58,515 bases of DNA from a virus (IMGVR_UViG_3300049783_001343:1-58515), one strand, 5' to 3'; shown: positions 40,488 to 49,549, counted from the stretch's first letter. Notes: a model not told the origin generated them from the sequence alone. Made by a program: numbers and translations.

Positions 40488-40754
40488 TCACTTCTTGGGT
40501 GGCTTGCTGATCCGTCCGCCACCTGCACGGTTTTTGCTGGGGTCTTGCAGAGATACCCCGTCCTTGTTTGATCCGCCCTTGGCTAACGCTTTGTTGTGAG
40601 CGAGGTCCTTCCCCTTACGGGCCGCCTTGCCGTTCTTCTTGTCGAAAGCGTAGCGTGCGCGTGCGCGTTCGTTGCGAGAAGGCCCCTCGTCGCGGGCTTT
40701 CTGAAGCTCGTACTCTCGCTTGTACGGCCGGTCAGAGTTTTTCTTGTACGGCAT
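40488..40754 (-). CDS. Small basic HNH-like protein
   Basis: AAGGAG RBS; GKDLAHNKAL.KGGSN...S.NR. Confidence 0.65.
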   Translation of the reverse strand: MPYKKNSDRPYKREYELQKARDEGPSRNERARARYAFDKKNGKAARKGKDLAHNKALAKGGSNKDGVSLQDPSKNRAGGGRISKPPKK

Positions 40755-40856
40755 CGGGCTTCTCCTTAACATTTCGGGGCATCCGCCCCACTATCAAACC
40801 GAACACCCACGGCGCGGCCCATTGCGGCAGGGTTATGTTGTCAAAAACCCAAGCGG

Positions 40857-41129
40857 CTATTCGCCCTTGCATATCAGAGATCCTGCAAGCGGGCTATCTG
40901 ATCGTGCGCCCCACGCAGCGACCTTAAGCAGACATTGTGCCCACAAAATACGCCGCCGTGTGTCGTGAATTACTTCCCCGTCAATTAGTGGGGGAGAGCT
41001 CAGATAGATCGCTGCTAGTTTCATCGCCATGAACGGGTCCGTTACCCGCTCAACAGCTTTCGAGCCGCGATAGATAACAAACCCATCGGTGCCAGAGTAC
41101 ACTCCGGTCAGGGGTGTGGGGAGGCTCAC
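40857..41129 (-). CDS. Hypothetical protein
   Basis: GTG start overlapping the upstream TGA, with GGAG RBS. Confidence 0.45.
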   Translation of the reverse strand: MSLPTPLTGVYSGTDGFVIYRGSKAVERVTDPFMAMKLAAIYLSSPPLIDGEVIHDTRRRILWAQCLLKVAAWGARSDSPLAGSLICKGE

Positions 41130-41284
41130 CGCTCCACAATCGGCCGCGCCATCGGACGCAGCGAGGTTAGCGGCGCACTGTCTGGCATTATGCAGTATGC
41201 TTCGGCGGCCTCGGGTATATGGCGGATCTGCGGTTCGCATGTCGCCTGCCCATGCAAGACAATGACTAAAACTGCTACGTTCAT
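41126..41284 (-). CDS. 52-aa hypothetical protein ending SLRPMARPIVER (not in the ORF track)
   Basis: AGGAG RBS; ATGA overlap upstream and GTGA overlap downstream. Confidence 0.6.
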   Translation of the reverse strand: MNVAVLVIVLHGQATCEPQIRHIPEAAEAYCIMPDSAPLTSLRPMARPIVER

Positions 41285-41538
41285 GATTTTTCTCCTTTTA
41301 GGGCTGCAATGGCTTCGTTACTTGAGTCGCCACAATCGTGACATGCCATGTGGTCAGATGCGCGACCGTCTCTTTTGGCAATGTCCCGCAACGCCGCCTC
41401 AAGTTCTGCGATCCGTGCTTGGGCGTCTGCTATCTCGGGCAATCTTGATATAGACCCAGCCATACGCTCAACCACACCGTCACTGAACGGACCATAGCTT
41501 TGGTCGATTACGCGTTTAATCGTGTCGTGTGTGCTCAT
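41281..41538 (-). CDS. Hypothetical protein
   Basis: GGAG RBS; ARIAELEAAL motif common in phage small proteins. Confidence 0.6.
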   Translation of the reverse strand: MSTHDTIKRVIDQSYGPFSDGVVERMAGSISRLPEIADAQARIAELEAALRDIAKRDGRASDHMACHDCGDSSNEAIAALKGEKS

Positions 41539-41539
41539 C

Positions 41540-42223
41540 TCAATTCGCTCCGTTGTGTGGGCATTCAAGAACCTGACAGTGGCGTTTACACAACCCGCTT
41601 GGCTTGGGGTTCCACACGCCGGTCTCGAAGGCTTTCTCCATAGCCGAATAGTTGGACAGCCACTTTGTCCACAGTTCACGTTGACCTGAGCGCTCATAGC
41701 TTGCCTTCACAAAGTCGTTGGCGATCACAAACAAAAGACCTGCCTTGATGTTCTTTACCTCGGGGAAGTGGCGGAACACCGACAGCGCCATAAGCTCAAG
41801 CTGACCCTTCTCGGCGTACTGTGAGGACTTGCCCGTCTTGTGGTCGATGATCAGTGCATCCTCGCCGTCGATGATGAGCAAGTCCACGATGCCGCGGAAC
41901 CACACGTCTTTGGCAAAGAAACTGCACGCTTCTAGCTTGGTGTTCAGCCCCATCTTCTGCTCAACCAGTTTTCTACCCGGCTTGTCCGCCAAAGATTGAA
42001 GCACGGGTAGGGCGAACGCGAAACGCTTGGGGAGTGCTGTGCCTATGGCGATAAAGTTCTCGGCGGCAGTGTGGAACTCTGTGCCATAGCGCATCGCTTC
42101 GCTTTCAACGAACGGAAACTCTTTCAAAACCTTTTCATGGTAGAACTGCTTGGGGCAGGTCTCAAACGACTTGATTTTGCTGAACGACCAAGGTGCCGCT
42201 CCTACTGGTTTAGCCATTGCCAT
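41540..42223 (-). CDS. PD-(D/E)XK Cas4-like exonuclease
   Basis: WSFSKIK.FETCP, GIVDLL, IIDHKTGK, QLELMA, C-terminal CxxxCxxxxC. Confidence 0.85.
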   Translation of the reverse strand: MAMAKPVGAAPWSFSKIKSFETCPKQFYHEKVLKEFPFVESEAMRYGTEFHTAAENFIAIGTALPKRFAFALPVLQSLADKPGRKLVEQKMGLNTKLEACSFFAKDVWFRGIVDLLIIDGEDALIIDHKTGKSSQYAEKGQLELMALSVFRHFPEVKNIKAGLLFVIANDFVKASYERSGQRELWTKWLSNYSAMEKAFETGVWNPKPSGLCKRHCQVLECPHNGAN

Positions 42224-44097
42224 TTTCCCTTTTTTCCTTCGATTATCTTGCCGGTGTCGCGCAGCTCTTTCCAAGCGTTGCTGTTCTTACGTGGCAACTT
42301 CTCAACGAAGGGGCGCTCCTCGGCCCCCACCGCCATCAGTATCTCTTCGCATTCTTTGATGTACCACTCGTAGTCCACGTCGATCGGGAACTCGTCCGGC
42401 AAGTCCATCAGAGGCTTGGCCCCGTCGGATCTTGGCACAGTGTTGCCGTTCTTCGCGTAGTGTATCTCTCCAGTCTCTCCCTCAGCATAGTACCATCTGA
42501 TCGCTTTGCCAAGTGCCTCGTTATCTTTTATAGCCCCTCCTGTCACGGTGCGCAATGTGAGGAACTTAGATATGTCTCGGCATGCCCGTATAGTGTGGTC
42601 CACTGGAGTGCCCTCAGTGAGGTAGGCTATAACAGCTTCTGGGCAGATCGGCGTCTGCGGGTTCTTGCTCAGAGACACTGGCCCAAACACGCCCTTAGCC
42701 TTGACCTTGCCATCCGTTTTGACCGCGATGTAGTTGTTCACGTCACGAGAATATAGCGCCTTGTACGACGCCTCCTCTGTCTTGAGACCGGTGTGCTTCT
42801 CCCACTTATGCACAATCAGGTTCAACGCCTCGCGGTCTTCATGGCGGCACTTTACCACAATGCCGTCGGTGTTGGCCGACACGACAGGGATACCGTACCT
42901 CTCCAACGCCTCGATCAGCATCAGCATCGTGAGCTGCCCTGTTAGTGTCGTGCGGATCATAAACTCAGGGGCGTACAAAGGGCTATATGGGCTACAGGTC
43001 TTACCAAACGTGCCGTTCAAAACAATCTTCAGTGAGTCAGATTTGACCATGTCAGCGGCGTGCTTTGCAGCGAGACGTTCCTCAAGGATGCCCCCGTATA
43101 TCCTGTTGAAGTGCTCACCAAACCCGCCCGGCTGCATGTTCATGTTGAGCATCATGCGTGGGTAGTAGCTCTCAACGTCTTCTTCGAGCAGCAGCGTTTC
43201 GTCGTCAGCAAAGTGCGCTACCTCGGACTCTTGGCTGTGCAGTCCGCCGATGCCGATCTTGTATCTGCTCTGTCCAACGGTGATCACCATTGTTGCAATA
43301 GCCTTTGGCATTTTGACATGGCCGGTCTTGTCGTCGATGATCATCTCTGCGGTGCGCGCGGTCTCCAGAACGTCTTGCAGCAGAGGTGTGGAAAACTTCA
43401 CATAGGCAGGGGGATCGTAGTAAAAGCTGTCACGTACAGCTGTTACTTTCGGCGGCATCTCACCTGTAATTCTTTTGTATTCGGCCTTCAGCACAGCCTC
43501 GGCAATCTGCGCATCCGACTTCGAGCGAAGGTCGATACCGTATTTTTTGCCCATGACACGGCGCAGATCGACCTGTTTTGACAGTGAGTTAAACAGAAGC
43601 TGGGTCACACGCACGTCGTTCTTGCAGTAGGTGCGCAGTTCTTTGGCTTGCTCGGCGTTCACCATCGCAGTGTGCTCAATCGGCAGTTCTTGCAGTTTAC
43701 GGCTCGCCAGACGGCCGCCATAGATCTTGAGGCTCACCATGCCCGGCGCGACGTCGATGATGTCCACGTGGTTGATCTTTGGCTCACGCAGCCCCTCGTT
43801 TCGGTAGAAGTTCCAAGACCGAACGTTGCCTTCGATGATGCGGTTGCTGGCCTTTTTGAGAGCTCGTGTGTTCTGGTTGGTCATGGCCATCGTCAGGATC
43901 GGAATGTCGTAGTGGTTGCCGTTGAACGTGACGATCTCAAAGTCGGGGTTCTGCAGGATGTCCAGTATTTCTTGTGGGGCAAACGCGCTGTCGTCGCCGT
44001 CAAAGATCTCAAAACCTTTGGTCTTCCCCTGCTCCGTCATGAACAGAGCAAGGAAGTAGTTTTGGTAAACCTCGATATCGAGGAACAATCGGATCAT
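42202..44097 (-). CDS. DNA polymerase, family B-like, with 3'-5' exonuclease (true start 44097)
   Basis: ExoI DIE, ExoII FNGNHYD, ExoIII YCKND; DVESYYP, KIVLNGTFGK and NTDG polymerase motifs; AAGGA RBS. Confidence 0.88.
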   Translation of the reverse strand: MIRLFLDIEVYQNYFLALFMTEQGKTKGFEIFDGDDSAFAPQEILDILQNPDFEIVTFNGNHYDIPILTMAMTNQNTRALKKASNRIIEGNVRSWNFYRNEGLREPKINHVDIIDVAPGMVSLKIYGGRLASRKLQELPIEHTAMVNAEQAKELRTYCKNDVRVTQLLFNSLSKQVDLRRVMGKKYGIDLRSKSDAQIAEAVLKAEYKRITGEMPPKVTAVRDSFYYDPPAYVKFSTPLLQDVLETARTAEMIIDDKTGHVKMPKAIATMVITVGQSRYKIGIGGLHSQESEVAHFADDETLLLEEDVESYYPRMMLNMNMQPGGFGEHFNRIYGGILEERLAAKHAADMVKSDSLKIVLNGTFGKTCSPYSPLYAPEFMIRTTLTGQLTMLMLIEALERYGIPVVSANTDGIVVKCRHEDREALNLIVHKWEKHTGLKTEEASYKALYSRDVNNYIAVKTDGKVKAKGVFGPVSLSKNPQTPICPEAVIAYLTEGTPVDHTIRACRDISKFLTLRTVTGGAIKDNEALGKAIRWYYAEGETGEIHYAKNGNTVPRSDGAKPLMDLPDEFPIDVDYEWYIKECEEILMAVGAEERPFVEKLPRKNSNAWKELRDTGKIIEGKKGKWQWLNQ

Positions 44098-44110
44098 GGG
44101 GTGCTGTCCT

Positions 44111-44290
44111 TTAATTGAACTCTGCTTTTTCAAACATCTTGACGCCAAGCACATCAAACGCCATTGAGATTTCCTTCTGCCTGTCAGCCCGACCATCCTT
44201 AAATGCGTCTGCCATAACTGCACGAATGAGATTTCTTTCTCGCTCTGATTTAGCTTGATCAAGCCAAGCCTTAATTTTAAGTCCGGTCAT
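44111..44290 (-). CDS. 59-aa hypothetical protein (MTGLKIKAWLDQ...), not in the ORF track
   Basis: ATGA overlap with the upstream stop; fills the gap before the polymerase. Confidence 0.6.
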   Translation of the reverse strand: MTGLKIKAWLDQAKSERERNLIRAVMADAFKDGRADRQKEISMAFDVLGVKMFEKAEFN

Positions 44291-44550
44291 CTGTTCATCC
44301 CCCCTGTGCCGTTGCCATAACCGCCGGTGAGGACAGACGGTTCCCTTGATACCTTGCGTGAATCAAGAGTTACAATTCTTTGCCACTCGTCAACATTGGC
44401 CTTGCGGTAATTCAAGACGCCGCCGCCCATGTCATACTGAACTTCAAGATGCACAACGCCAAACCAACGAAACAAAATTCCGTAACAAGACCACCGCCAG
44501 CGCCCCGTGCAGTCAAAGTACCCCTTCAGCGCACTACAGTATCCGACCAT
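44287..44550 (-). CDS. Hypothetical protein with a short Gly-rich tail
   Basis: GGAGG RBS within a repeated junction; ends GGYGNGTGGMNR. Confidence 0.6.
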   Translation of the reverse strand: MVGYCSALKGYFDCTGRWRWSCYGILFRWFGVVHLEVQYDMGGGVLNYRKANVDEWQRIVTLDSRKVSREPSVLTGGYGNGTGGMNR

Positions 44551-44763
44551 CTACTTGTCCTCCTTTGGGTTGGCGAACCCGTACCCGTTGCCGTAGCCGA
44601 CGCCGACGCCGTAGCCGGTGCCGTGGCCTCCGCCGTTGCCGACACCACTGCCCGAGCTGCCCGCGCCGCTGCCGACGCCGCCGTTGGCATCAACACCTAG
44701 CTGCTTGGCCTGCTGTTCGCCCGAAAACTTGCCGGACATAAGAGGGCTACAATACAGCCCCAT
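44551..44763 (-). CDS. Gly-X repeat mini-protein 1
   Basis: GGAGG RBS; GSGVGNGGGHGTGYGVGVGYGNGYG. Confidence 0.65.
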   Translation of the reverse strand: MGLYCSPLMSGKFSGEQQAKQLGVDANGGVGSGAGSSGSGVGNGGGHGTGYGVGVGYGNGYGFANPKEDK

Positions 44764-45171
44764 CTACTTGTCCTCCACTGGGTGCAGTTCCACAGTGTCG
44801 CCCTCATACGGGGTGAATATTCCTAAGTTCCTCCAAGTGGCGCAAGCAACAACACTATCATCCTCCATATAAAGTAATCCCAAAGAATTTTTCCTCATAG
44901 ATCCAAGGTCCACTTTCTCGGTGACCGTAAAAAACAACCCTTTGTCGGTCACAGCCTTGGTAAATGTCGCTGAAAACTTTGGCCCTATGCTTTCTGGGCT
45001 GTTATACCAGACTGCGAGGTATTGGGTCAGGGGTGTGTCCTCTGGAATGCGCTGCGGCTCAGGCTTTGGCGGGCAAGGTGTTCTCATTGGCGATGATCGC
45101 CACGGGCAGTTGCCAGCAACGGAACCACAATCACATGACACTTGGCCGAGTAGCCATTCGATAAACCTCAT
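44764..45171 (-). CDS. Hypothetical protein (start 45171)
   Basis: GGAGG RBS and TAATG overlap; ends EDK. Confidence 0.65.
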   Translation of the reverse strand: MRFIEWLLGQVSCDCGSVAGNCPWRSSPMRTPCPPKPEPQRIPEDTPLTQYLAVWYNSPESIGPKFSATFTKAVTDKGLFFTVTEKVDLGSMRKNSLGLLYMEDDSVVACATWRNLGIFTPYEGDTVELHPVEDK

Positions 45172-45320
45172 TACTTGTCCTCCCTCTGTTTGGGTGTTGA
45201 TGGCAACGCCTTGGGAGCCTGAATGGCCAACCAGACCCAAAACCCGCAGACGTAGAGCCCCATGGTTATGCCCAACCAGACCCAAAACCCGCTGACGTAG
45301 AACTGTAAAACCTCAAGCAT
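45171..45320 (-). CDS. 49-aa membrane peptide with an internal duplication (FYVSGFWVWL/LYVCGFWVWL), not in the ORF track
   Basis: GGAGG RBS; ~30-bp direct repeat at a 45-bp period; ends EDK. Confidence 0.6.
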   Translation of the reverse strand: MLEVLQFYVSGFWVWLGITMGLYVCGFWVWLAIQAPKALPSTPKQREDK

Positions 45321-45698
45321 CTACTTTTCCTCCTTATGCGTTATGCGTGACGCATAACTTGGTTTCGTCAGTGCATAGACAAACACCGGGTTTATTTTGC
45401 TGTAACGCTTGGTTGGGATCTTGCGCACCATGCCCTGCTTGATTGCTATGTCAGCGCGCTTTTTTACCGTCTCTTTCGAGCAGCCCAAGGCTTTTGCCAC
45501 TTGGTCGCGGGTCTGCGGGGGTTTGCCCTCAAGCACTGCCACAAACTCCAGAACCTTTAAGCGCCACTGCTCTGGGTCAGATACGGCGGGACCGTAATGT
45601 CCTTTTCGCCCTGTCGGCAGCTTCGGCACTTTCTTTTCTTTGCGTGCCAAGGCCAGCATCATCTCCCCAAGATTGGCGTCCAGCTCATCGCGGGTCAT
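45321..45698 (-). CDS. HTH-containing protein
   Basis: TRDQVAKALGCSKETVKK helix-turn-helix. Confidence 0.65.
   Translation of the reverse strand: MTRDELDANLGEMMLALARKEKKVPKLPTGRKGHYGPAVSDPEQWRLKVLEFVAVLEGKPPQTRDQVAKALGCSKETVKKRADIAIKQGMVRKIPTKRYSKINPVFVYALTKPSYASRITHKEEK
45341..45357. promoter_or_regulatory. 17-bp palindrome copy 2 (TTATGC-GTGAC-GCATAA)
   Basis: In the 3' end of the HTH gene, just upstream of the next RBS; extra half-site at 45334. Confidence 0.8.
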
Positions 45699-45892
45699 TG
45701 TGTATCCTCCAATGCTTTGTTACCTTTAGCTGTGATCATCCACTCGCGCTCAATCAGTGGAAGCCGATCGTCGGCGCATCGGATCAACCCCGCACGGTGA
45801 AGTGCAGACAGTGCTGTGGAGGTACTGTCGTGGCAAACATACCATTCGCCGTCCGACATACGCGCAAGCGTCGTGCGTTTCTTGCTGCTCAT
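45695..45892 (-). CDS. Hypothetical protein (possibly winged-helix-like)
   Basis: AAGGAG RBS; ATGA overlaps; L.R.GLI...W.IT.KG. Confidence 0.6.
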   Translation of the reverse strand: MSSKKRTTLARMSDGEWYVCHDSTSTALSALHRAGLIRCADDRLPLIEREWMITAKGNKALEDTQ

Positions 45893-46236
45893 AACATGTA
45901 CTCCTTTATCCATTCACGTAGCTCGTGCACGGTTTCAGCGTTGTCGAGGTAGTGCAGCTTGAGGTCGTTGGCGGCCCGCTTCGCAGCGTCTTCTTCGCGC
46001 TCGCTTTCACACCCATGACACAGCTCGTTTACGTGCGGCACGAGCGGCCCGTTCGGATACAGCGGGCTCCCGCGAGATCTTTTACCGCACCCTCCCGCGC
46101 ACATCGGTAGCGCACGGCCGCGCGCCTCGTACTCTTTGCGCTTACGAAGGTAGTTTTCACCGCACGTGCGACAGTAACGCTTGCGCCACTTACCCTCCAC
46201 GGCTTCGTTGCCGCAGCCAAGTTTACACTTTGCCAT
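45889..46236 (-). CDS. Cys-rich putative zinc-binding protein
   Basis: Four Cys pairs; GAGGGG RBS. Confidence 0.65.
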   Translation of the reverse strand: MAKCKLGCGNEAVEGKWRKRYCRTCGENYLRKRKEYEARGRALPMCAGGCGKRSRGSPLYPNGPLVPHVNELCHGCESEREEDAAKRAANDLKLHYLDNAETVHELREWIKEYML

Positions 46237-46247
46237 ATCAATCCCCT

Positions 46248-46721
46248 CTACGCCGTAAATTCGTCAGCGGAGAGAGCCCACAGCGTGAACGACGGCTCTT
46301 CGAGACCAGCCGTGGCATGGACATCTGCCTTGGCCATCTGACCTTTCCTGAACAGGGACAGCAACGCAGCCTGAGTCCGTTGCGGCGTAGCGTTCACCTC
46401 ACCCGCGATCTCGTCAGTGGTTGCATAACCAGACCCGCGCACCACCGAAATCACGCCAGATTCAAGCACGGGGTCGTCTGGTAGCGAGAGATCTTCTTTG
46501 GTGGAAGTGTCGACATAGACAGCCACCCACGGCGTGTCACGGTTATTGGAATGAGTGTTGGGGATGATCTTGGCGGTTGCTATACCGTGCTCCTTGATAC
46601 CACTACTGCCGACAACGCTCGCCGGAATGTAAATGCCGTCCCCGTCGTCAAGCCTGTTGGCAAAACCTGCACCCTGCGATCCAGATAGAATGCGTGAACA
46701 GAAAATTTGTACTTCTTGCAT
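46248..46721 (-). CDS. Hypothetical protein (OB-like N-terminus, winged-helix-like C-terminus)
   Basis: AAGGA RBS; TTDEIAGEV...L.SLFRKG. Confidence 0.6.
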   Translation of the reverse strand: MQEVQIFCSRILSGSQGAGFANRLDDGDGIYIPASVVGSSGIKEHGIATAKIIPNTHSNNRDTPWVAVYVDTSTKEDLSLPDDPVLESGVISVVRGSGYATTDEIAGEVNATPQRTQAALLSLFRKGQMAKADVHATAGLEEPSFTLWALSADEFTA

Positions 46722-46748
46722 GATTATCTTCCTTGTTTTTATGTTAAA

Positions 46749-46967
46749 TTATGTGGCGTCGAACAGGTCTTGCACCTCCTCGTCTGTTATTTGCTTCTCT
46801 TGGAACACTTCCCACGGTGTGCCGATGCGATCAATTATGCCTTGCGCATAATCTTTGGTGACGTCGCAGTGTTTCTCCACGTGCTCTGCCAGATCTTCGA
46901 TAGCTATTGGTTGGTGCTTTATACTCAGTAAAAACTTCCATACCAGTTCCTCACGACCATGCATCAC
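46749..46967 (-). CDS. Hypothetical protein
   Basis: GGAGG RBS; 72 aa. Confidence 0.6.
   Translation of the reverse strand: MMHGREELVWKFLLSIKHQPIAIEDLAEHVEKHCDVTKDYAQGIIDRIGTPWEVFQEKQITDEEVQDLFDAT
46835..46851. promoter_or_regulatory. 17-bp palindrome copy 3 (TTATGC-CTTGC-GCATAA), intragenic
   Basis: Exact arm match inside CDS 46749-46967. Confidence 0.7.
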
Positions 46968-47256
46968 ACGCCTCCCTGATCATTGCTGCGAGATTATCGA
47001 CGTTCGTTTCGTCTACAATTATTCCATAACCACCCGCCTCGTTAATCTGTCGGAGGTTCAGCTCTTGCAGTTTGGTTGGCTTACCCTTGCCAGCTTTGCA
47101 CTCAAGTCCGAGGAACAGTCCCTCGTAGCAGCCAATAATGTCAGGCACGCCAGACTTTCCCCAGCCGCCCGTCACAGGGTAAAAGTAGTAGGCGCCCAGC
47201 TTTTTAAGCTGGGCCGCCGCCCGTTTCTTTACTTTCGCTTCCGGTGTCATTGCCAC
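46951..47256 (-). CDS. VRR-NUC family nuclease/resolvase
   Basis: TPEAKVK, GVPDIIGC, LECKAGKGKPT.LQ, I..AGG. Confidence 0.88.
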   Translation of the reverse strand: MAMTPEAKVKKRAAAQLKKLGAYYFYPVTGGWGKSGVPDIIGCYEGLFLGLECKAGKGKPTKLQELNLRQINEAGGYGIIVDETNVDNLAAMIREACDAWS

Positions 47257-47578
47257 GCAGTCTCTCCTCCGCTTGCTCTATGATCCACCATGTGGTGGCG
47301 TCTATGCGACGCCCGACACCCCAAACAGCGCTCTCGTTTGGGTGCGGAGGCAACATGTTAAGTACCGCCATACGGTCCTTGGCCCACTCTGGTAGCTCTT
47401 CGTAGCTTTGATACTTCAGAGACCTCTCAGTGTCAATGGGGCAGTACCCAATGTATTGCATGGTAACGGAACCATCTGACAACACCTCAACCCGCCAGAT
47501 GTAGTCTTCGTTCTCGTTGCATATTGCCATGCGGGCCATGAACCAACGCCTGCGGCGGTGAAAGCCACCCTCCATCAT
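47204..47578 (-). CDS. Hypothetical protein
   Basis: ATGA overlap; ELPEW...R.AVL...GVGRR. Confidence 0.65.
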   Translation of the reverse strand: MMEGGFHRRRRWFMARMAICNENEDYIWRVEVLSDGSVTMQYIGYCPIDTERSLKYQSYEELPEWAKDRMAVLNMLPPHPNESAVWGVGRRIDATTWWIIEQAEERLRGNDTGSESKETGGGPA

Positions 47579-48324
47579 TTGCACCCAACCACCCACTTAC
47601 TGCGGCTCTCTTTCGAGGTCAGCGTTTTTTGCGTCACGGTGCGGTAGACCTCGCGGCCGAGGCCGGTCGCGTAAATTCCCTCACGAATTTGGCTTGGATG
47701 TCCGGCGCGGGACATCATCAGGCGGTGCCACTCATCCGGGTTTTCCAATAGTTTTACGGTGTTATCAAAAGGGTATCCTATGTATTCCCGCCGATATGCT
47801 GGGGGCATGTCGTCCTTCACCATAGGATACATCGCAGCGTGCCACTCGCGATACTCGGCGTAACGCGTTGTATCTAAGACCTTCTTGGCCACCTTGCGAT
47901 TGATCACTTCCTTGAAGAATACCGCGTCGGTCTTGACCTTGTCGCCCTTGATCGTTGCCGTAGAGATGATCGCGTGCACAGTACCGTCAACCCAACCGCC
48001 GATACGGATACGAGATCCCATGCCGCCGAGGCCGTGGCCCGCCGGCATGAACGCGCTCGCAAAGGCACAGGTTGATATTGAGCTAAACGTGTTGATTGTA
48101 TAGCTGTTGCTGCGGTGCCAGACGATCACGTTAGTGCTATGATAACGGAACTTAACGTCGCCGTTTGAGGCGAGGGTCACGCCCATCTGCTTGCTGGTTT
48201 CTTTGCCCTTGATGGGACGCTCGCTCATACCCTTGTCACGGCACGAGTGATAGAACGCCACCGCGCACTTGTAGCTGTTGATGACGCCGATAACGCCGTG
48301 GTACATGTTGACTGAAAAAGCCAT
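47575..48324 (-). CDS. Hypothetical protein
   Basis: GGAG RBS preceded by a CAA-rich leader; 249 aa. Confidence 0.75.
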   Translation of the reverse strand: MAFSVNMYHGVIGVINSYKCAVAFYHSCRDKGMSERPIKGKETSKQMGVTLASNGDVKFRYHSTNVIVWHRSNSYTINTFSSISTCAFASAFMPAGHGLGGMGSRIRIGGWVDGTVHAIISTATIKGDKVKTDAVFFKEVINRKVAKKVLDTTRYAEYREWHAAMYPMVKDDMPPAYRREYIGYPFDNTVKLLENPDEWHRLMMSRAGHPSQIREGIYATGLGREVYRTVTQKTLTSKESRSKWVVGCK

Positions 48325-48363
48325 ATTATTTCTCCATTGTTGTTTGTTGTTTGTTGTTTGTTG

Positions 48364-48609
48364 TTATCCGTAGCCGTAGCCGCCGACGCTCCCTTCTCCG
48401 TGGCCGTGACCGCGGCCGTCGCCTGTGCCTTCTTTGCCGGGAATACCGCAGCCGTTGGAGTTGCCTAGGCCAGTCCGGTTGCGGTCGCCGTCGCCCCAGC
48501 CGAAGCCAAATACCCTGCCCTCAAGCCAATCATATTCGGAGTGGCCGCCATATCCGAAGCCCTCACCATCGGGTATGAAGAGACCGTTGCCGTCGCCGAT
48601 ACCTCTCAT
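48364..48609 (-). CDS. Gly-X repeat mini-protein 2
   Basis: TAATG overlap, GGAGG upstream; alternating Gly with mixed Gly codons. Confidence 0.65.
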   Translation of the reverse strand: MRGIGDGNGLFIPDGEGFGYGGHSEYDWLEGRVFGFGWGDGDRNRTGLGNSNGCGIPGKEGTGDGRGHGHGEGSVGGYGYG

Positions 48610-49214
48610 TACGCGTCTTCCTCCTCATAGATTTCGTTGGCCTCCAAGCTCTCTTTGACGACCTCGTCGGAGGTTAGATAATCATAGCTTTCCTCAAGGC
48701 TCTCGTAGAGCCAGTCGGCAAGCGCCCTGAACAGATCTTTCAGTGTCGTTTCGATCAGCTCAACGATCTCGTCGGGCACCTCATCCATGTCAATCTCTTC
48801 GTCGTAGACGTAACCCACCTCCTCCGCCGTCATTGCGTTTGAGTGAACGTAGTGACTGCTTGACCGACGCACCACGGCGTACACCGGCTGGTATATCCGC
48901 GCCAGCAAGCACAACTCGTCAGCTATGCGGTGCAGTTCTTCATCTTGCGGTGCATGGTCTCGTATTTTGGCAGGTGCCGTATCATAGGTTGGATCGATAC
49001 GTGAGAACGTGCTCTGCGCATTATACCGCCCTGTCCACGACGCGCCGTCGCCTTGTGACCAGAAGCCTCTGAAGCTAGGCTCTTGCTCGTCAAGGTCAAT
49101 CCCAAGGATCTCGCAGATCATCTTGAAGTTCTCCAAGACACAATCGTACCAATCGTCGTCGGTGTTGATGTCTCGGTGTTCGTCTATGAAGCTGTCGCTG
49201 CATGTATATGTCAT
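48609..49214 (-). CDS. Acidic hypothetical protein (FRGFWSQGDGASW family)
   Basis: GAGG RBS; strongly D/E-rich; conserved-looking GFWSQGDGA motif. Confidence 0.75.
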   Translation of the reverse strand: MTYTCSDSFIDEHRDINTDDDWYDCVLENFKMICEILGIDLDEQEPSFRGFWSQGDGASWTGRYNAQSTFSRIDPTYDTAPAKIRDHAPQDEELHRIADELCLLARIYQPVYAVVRRSSSHYVHSNAMTAEEVGYVYDEEIDMDEVPDEIVELIETTLKDLFRALADWLYESLEESYDYLTSDEVVKESLEANEIYEEEDA

Positions 49215-49219
49215 TGTTA

Positions 49220-49549
49220 TTACCTCTTGCTCTTATTTCTATTCTCCCACCGCGTGTGGGCCTTGAGCATCTCCGTCGACCATAAGTCTTTGTGCACGTC
49301 GATCATTGGAAACTCATGCACCGGGCCGTCGTCTAGCTGCAACGTGTAGACTGCACCTAACCAAGGGCGCCATCTGTTGTGGCCTTCCCGCACGTTTGCT
49401 CGCAGCTTGCCCTTGATGTCTTTGGCAGGTGCCCCGAGAAGATCGGCCATGCGCAGGACCCTCTTGAGCTCACCCATCAGTCGTATCTTCTCATGGCAAA
49501 GCGCCGTCATCTTGTCGAAGCTCTCGTAGATGTCTTTTGGTTCGTCCAT
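49220..49549 (-). CDS. Hypothetical protein
   Basis: GGAG RBS downstream of palindrome copy 4. Confidence 0.7.
   Translation of the reverse strand: MDEPKDIYESFDKMTALCHEKIRLMGELKRVLRMADLLGAPAKDIKGKLRANVREGHNRWRPWLGAVYTLQLDDGPVHEFPMIDVHKDLWSTEMLKAHTRWENRNKSKR

Noticed and set aside
41540-42223. Cas4-like nuclease as evidence of a CRISPR system
   Set aside because: Stand-alone Cas4-like exonucleases are routine in phage replication modules; no array or other cas genes are present.
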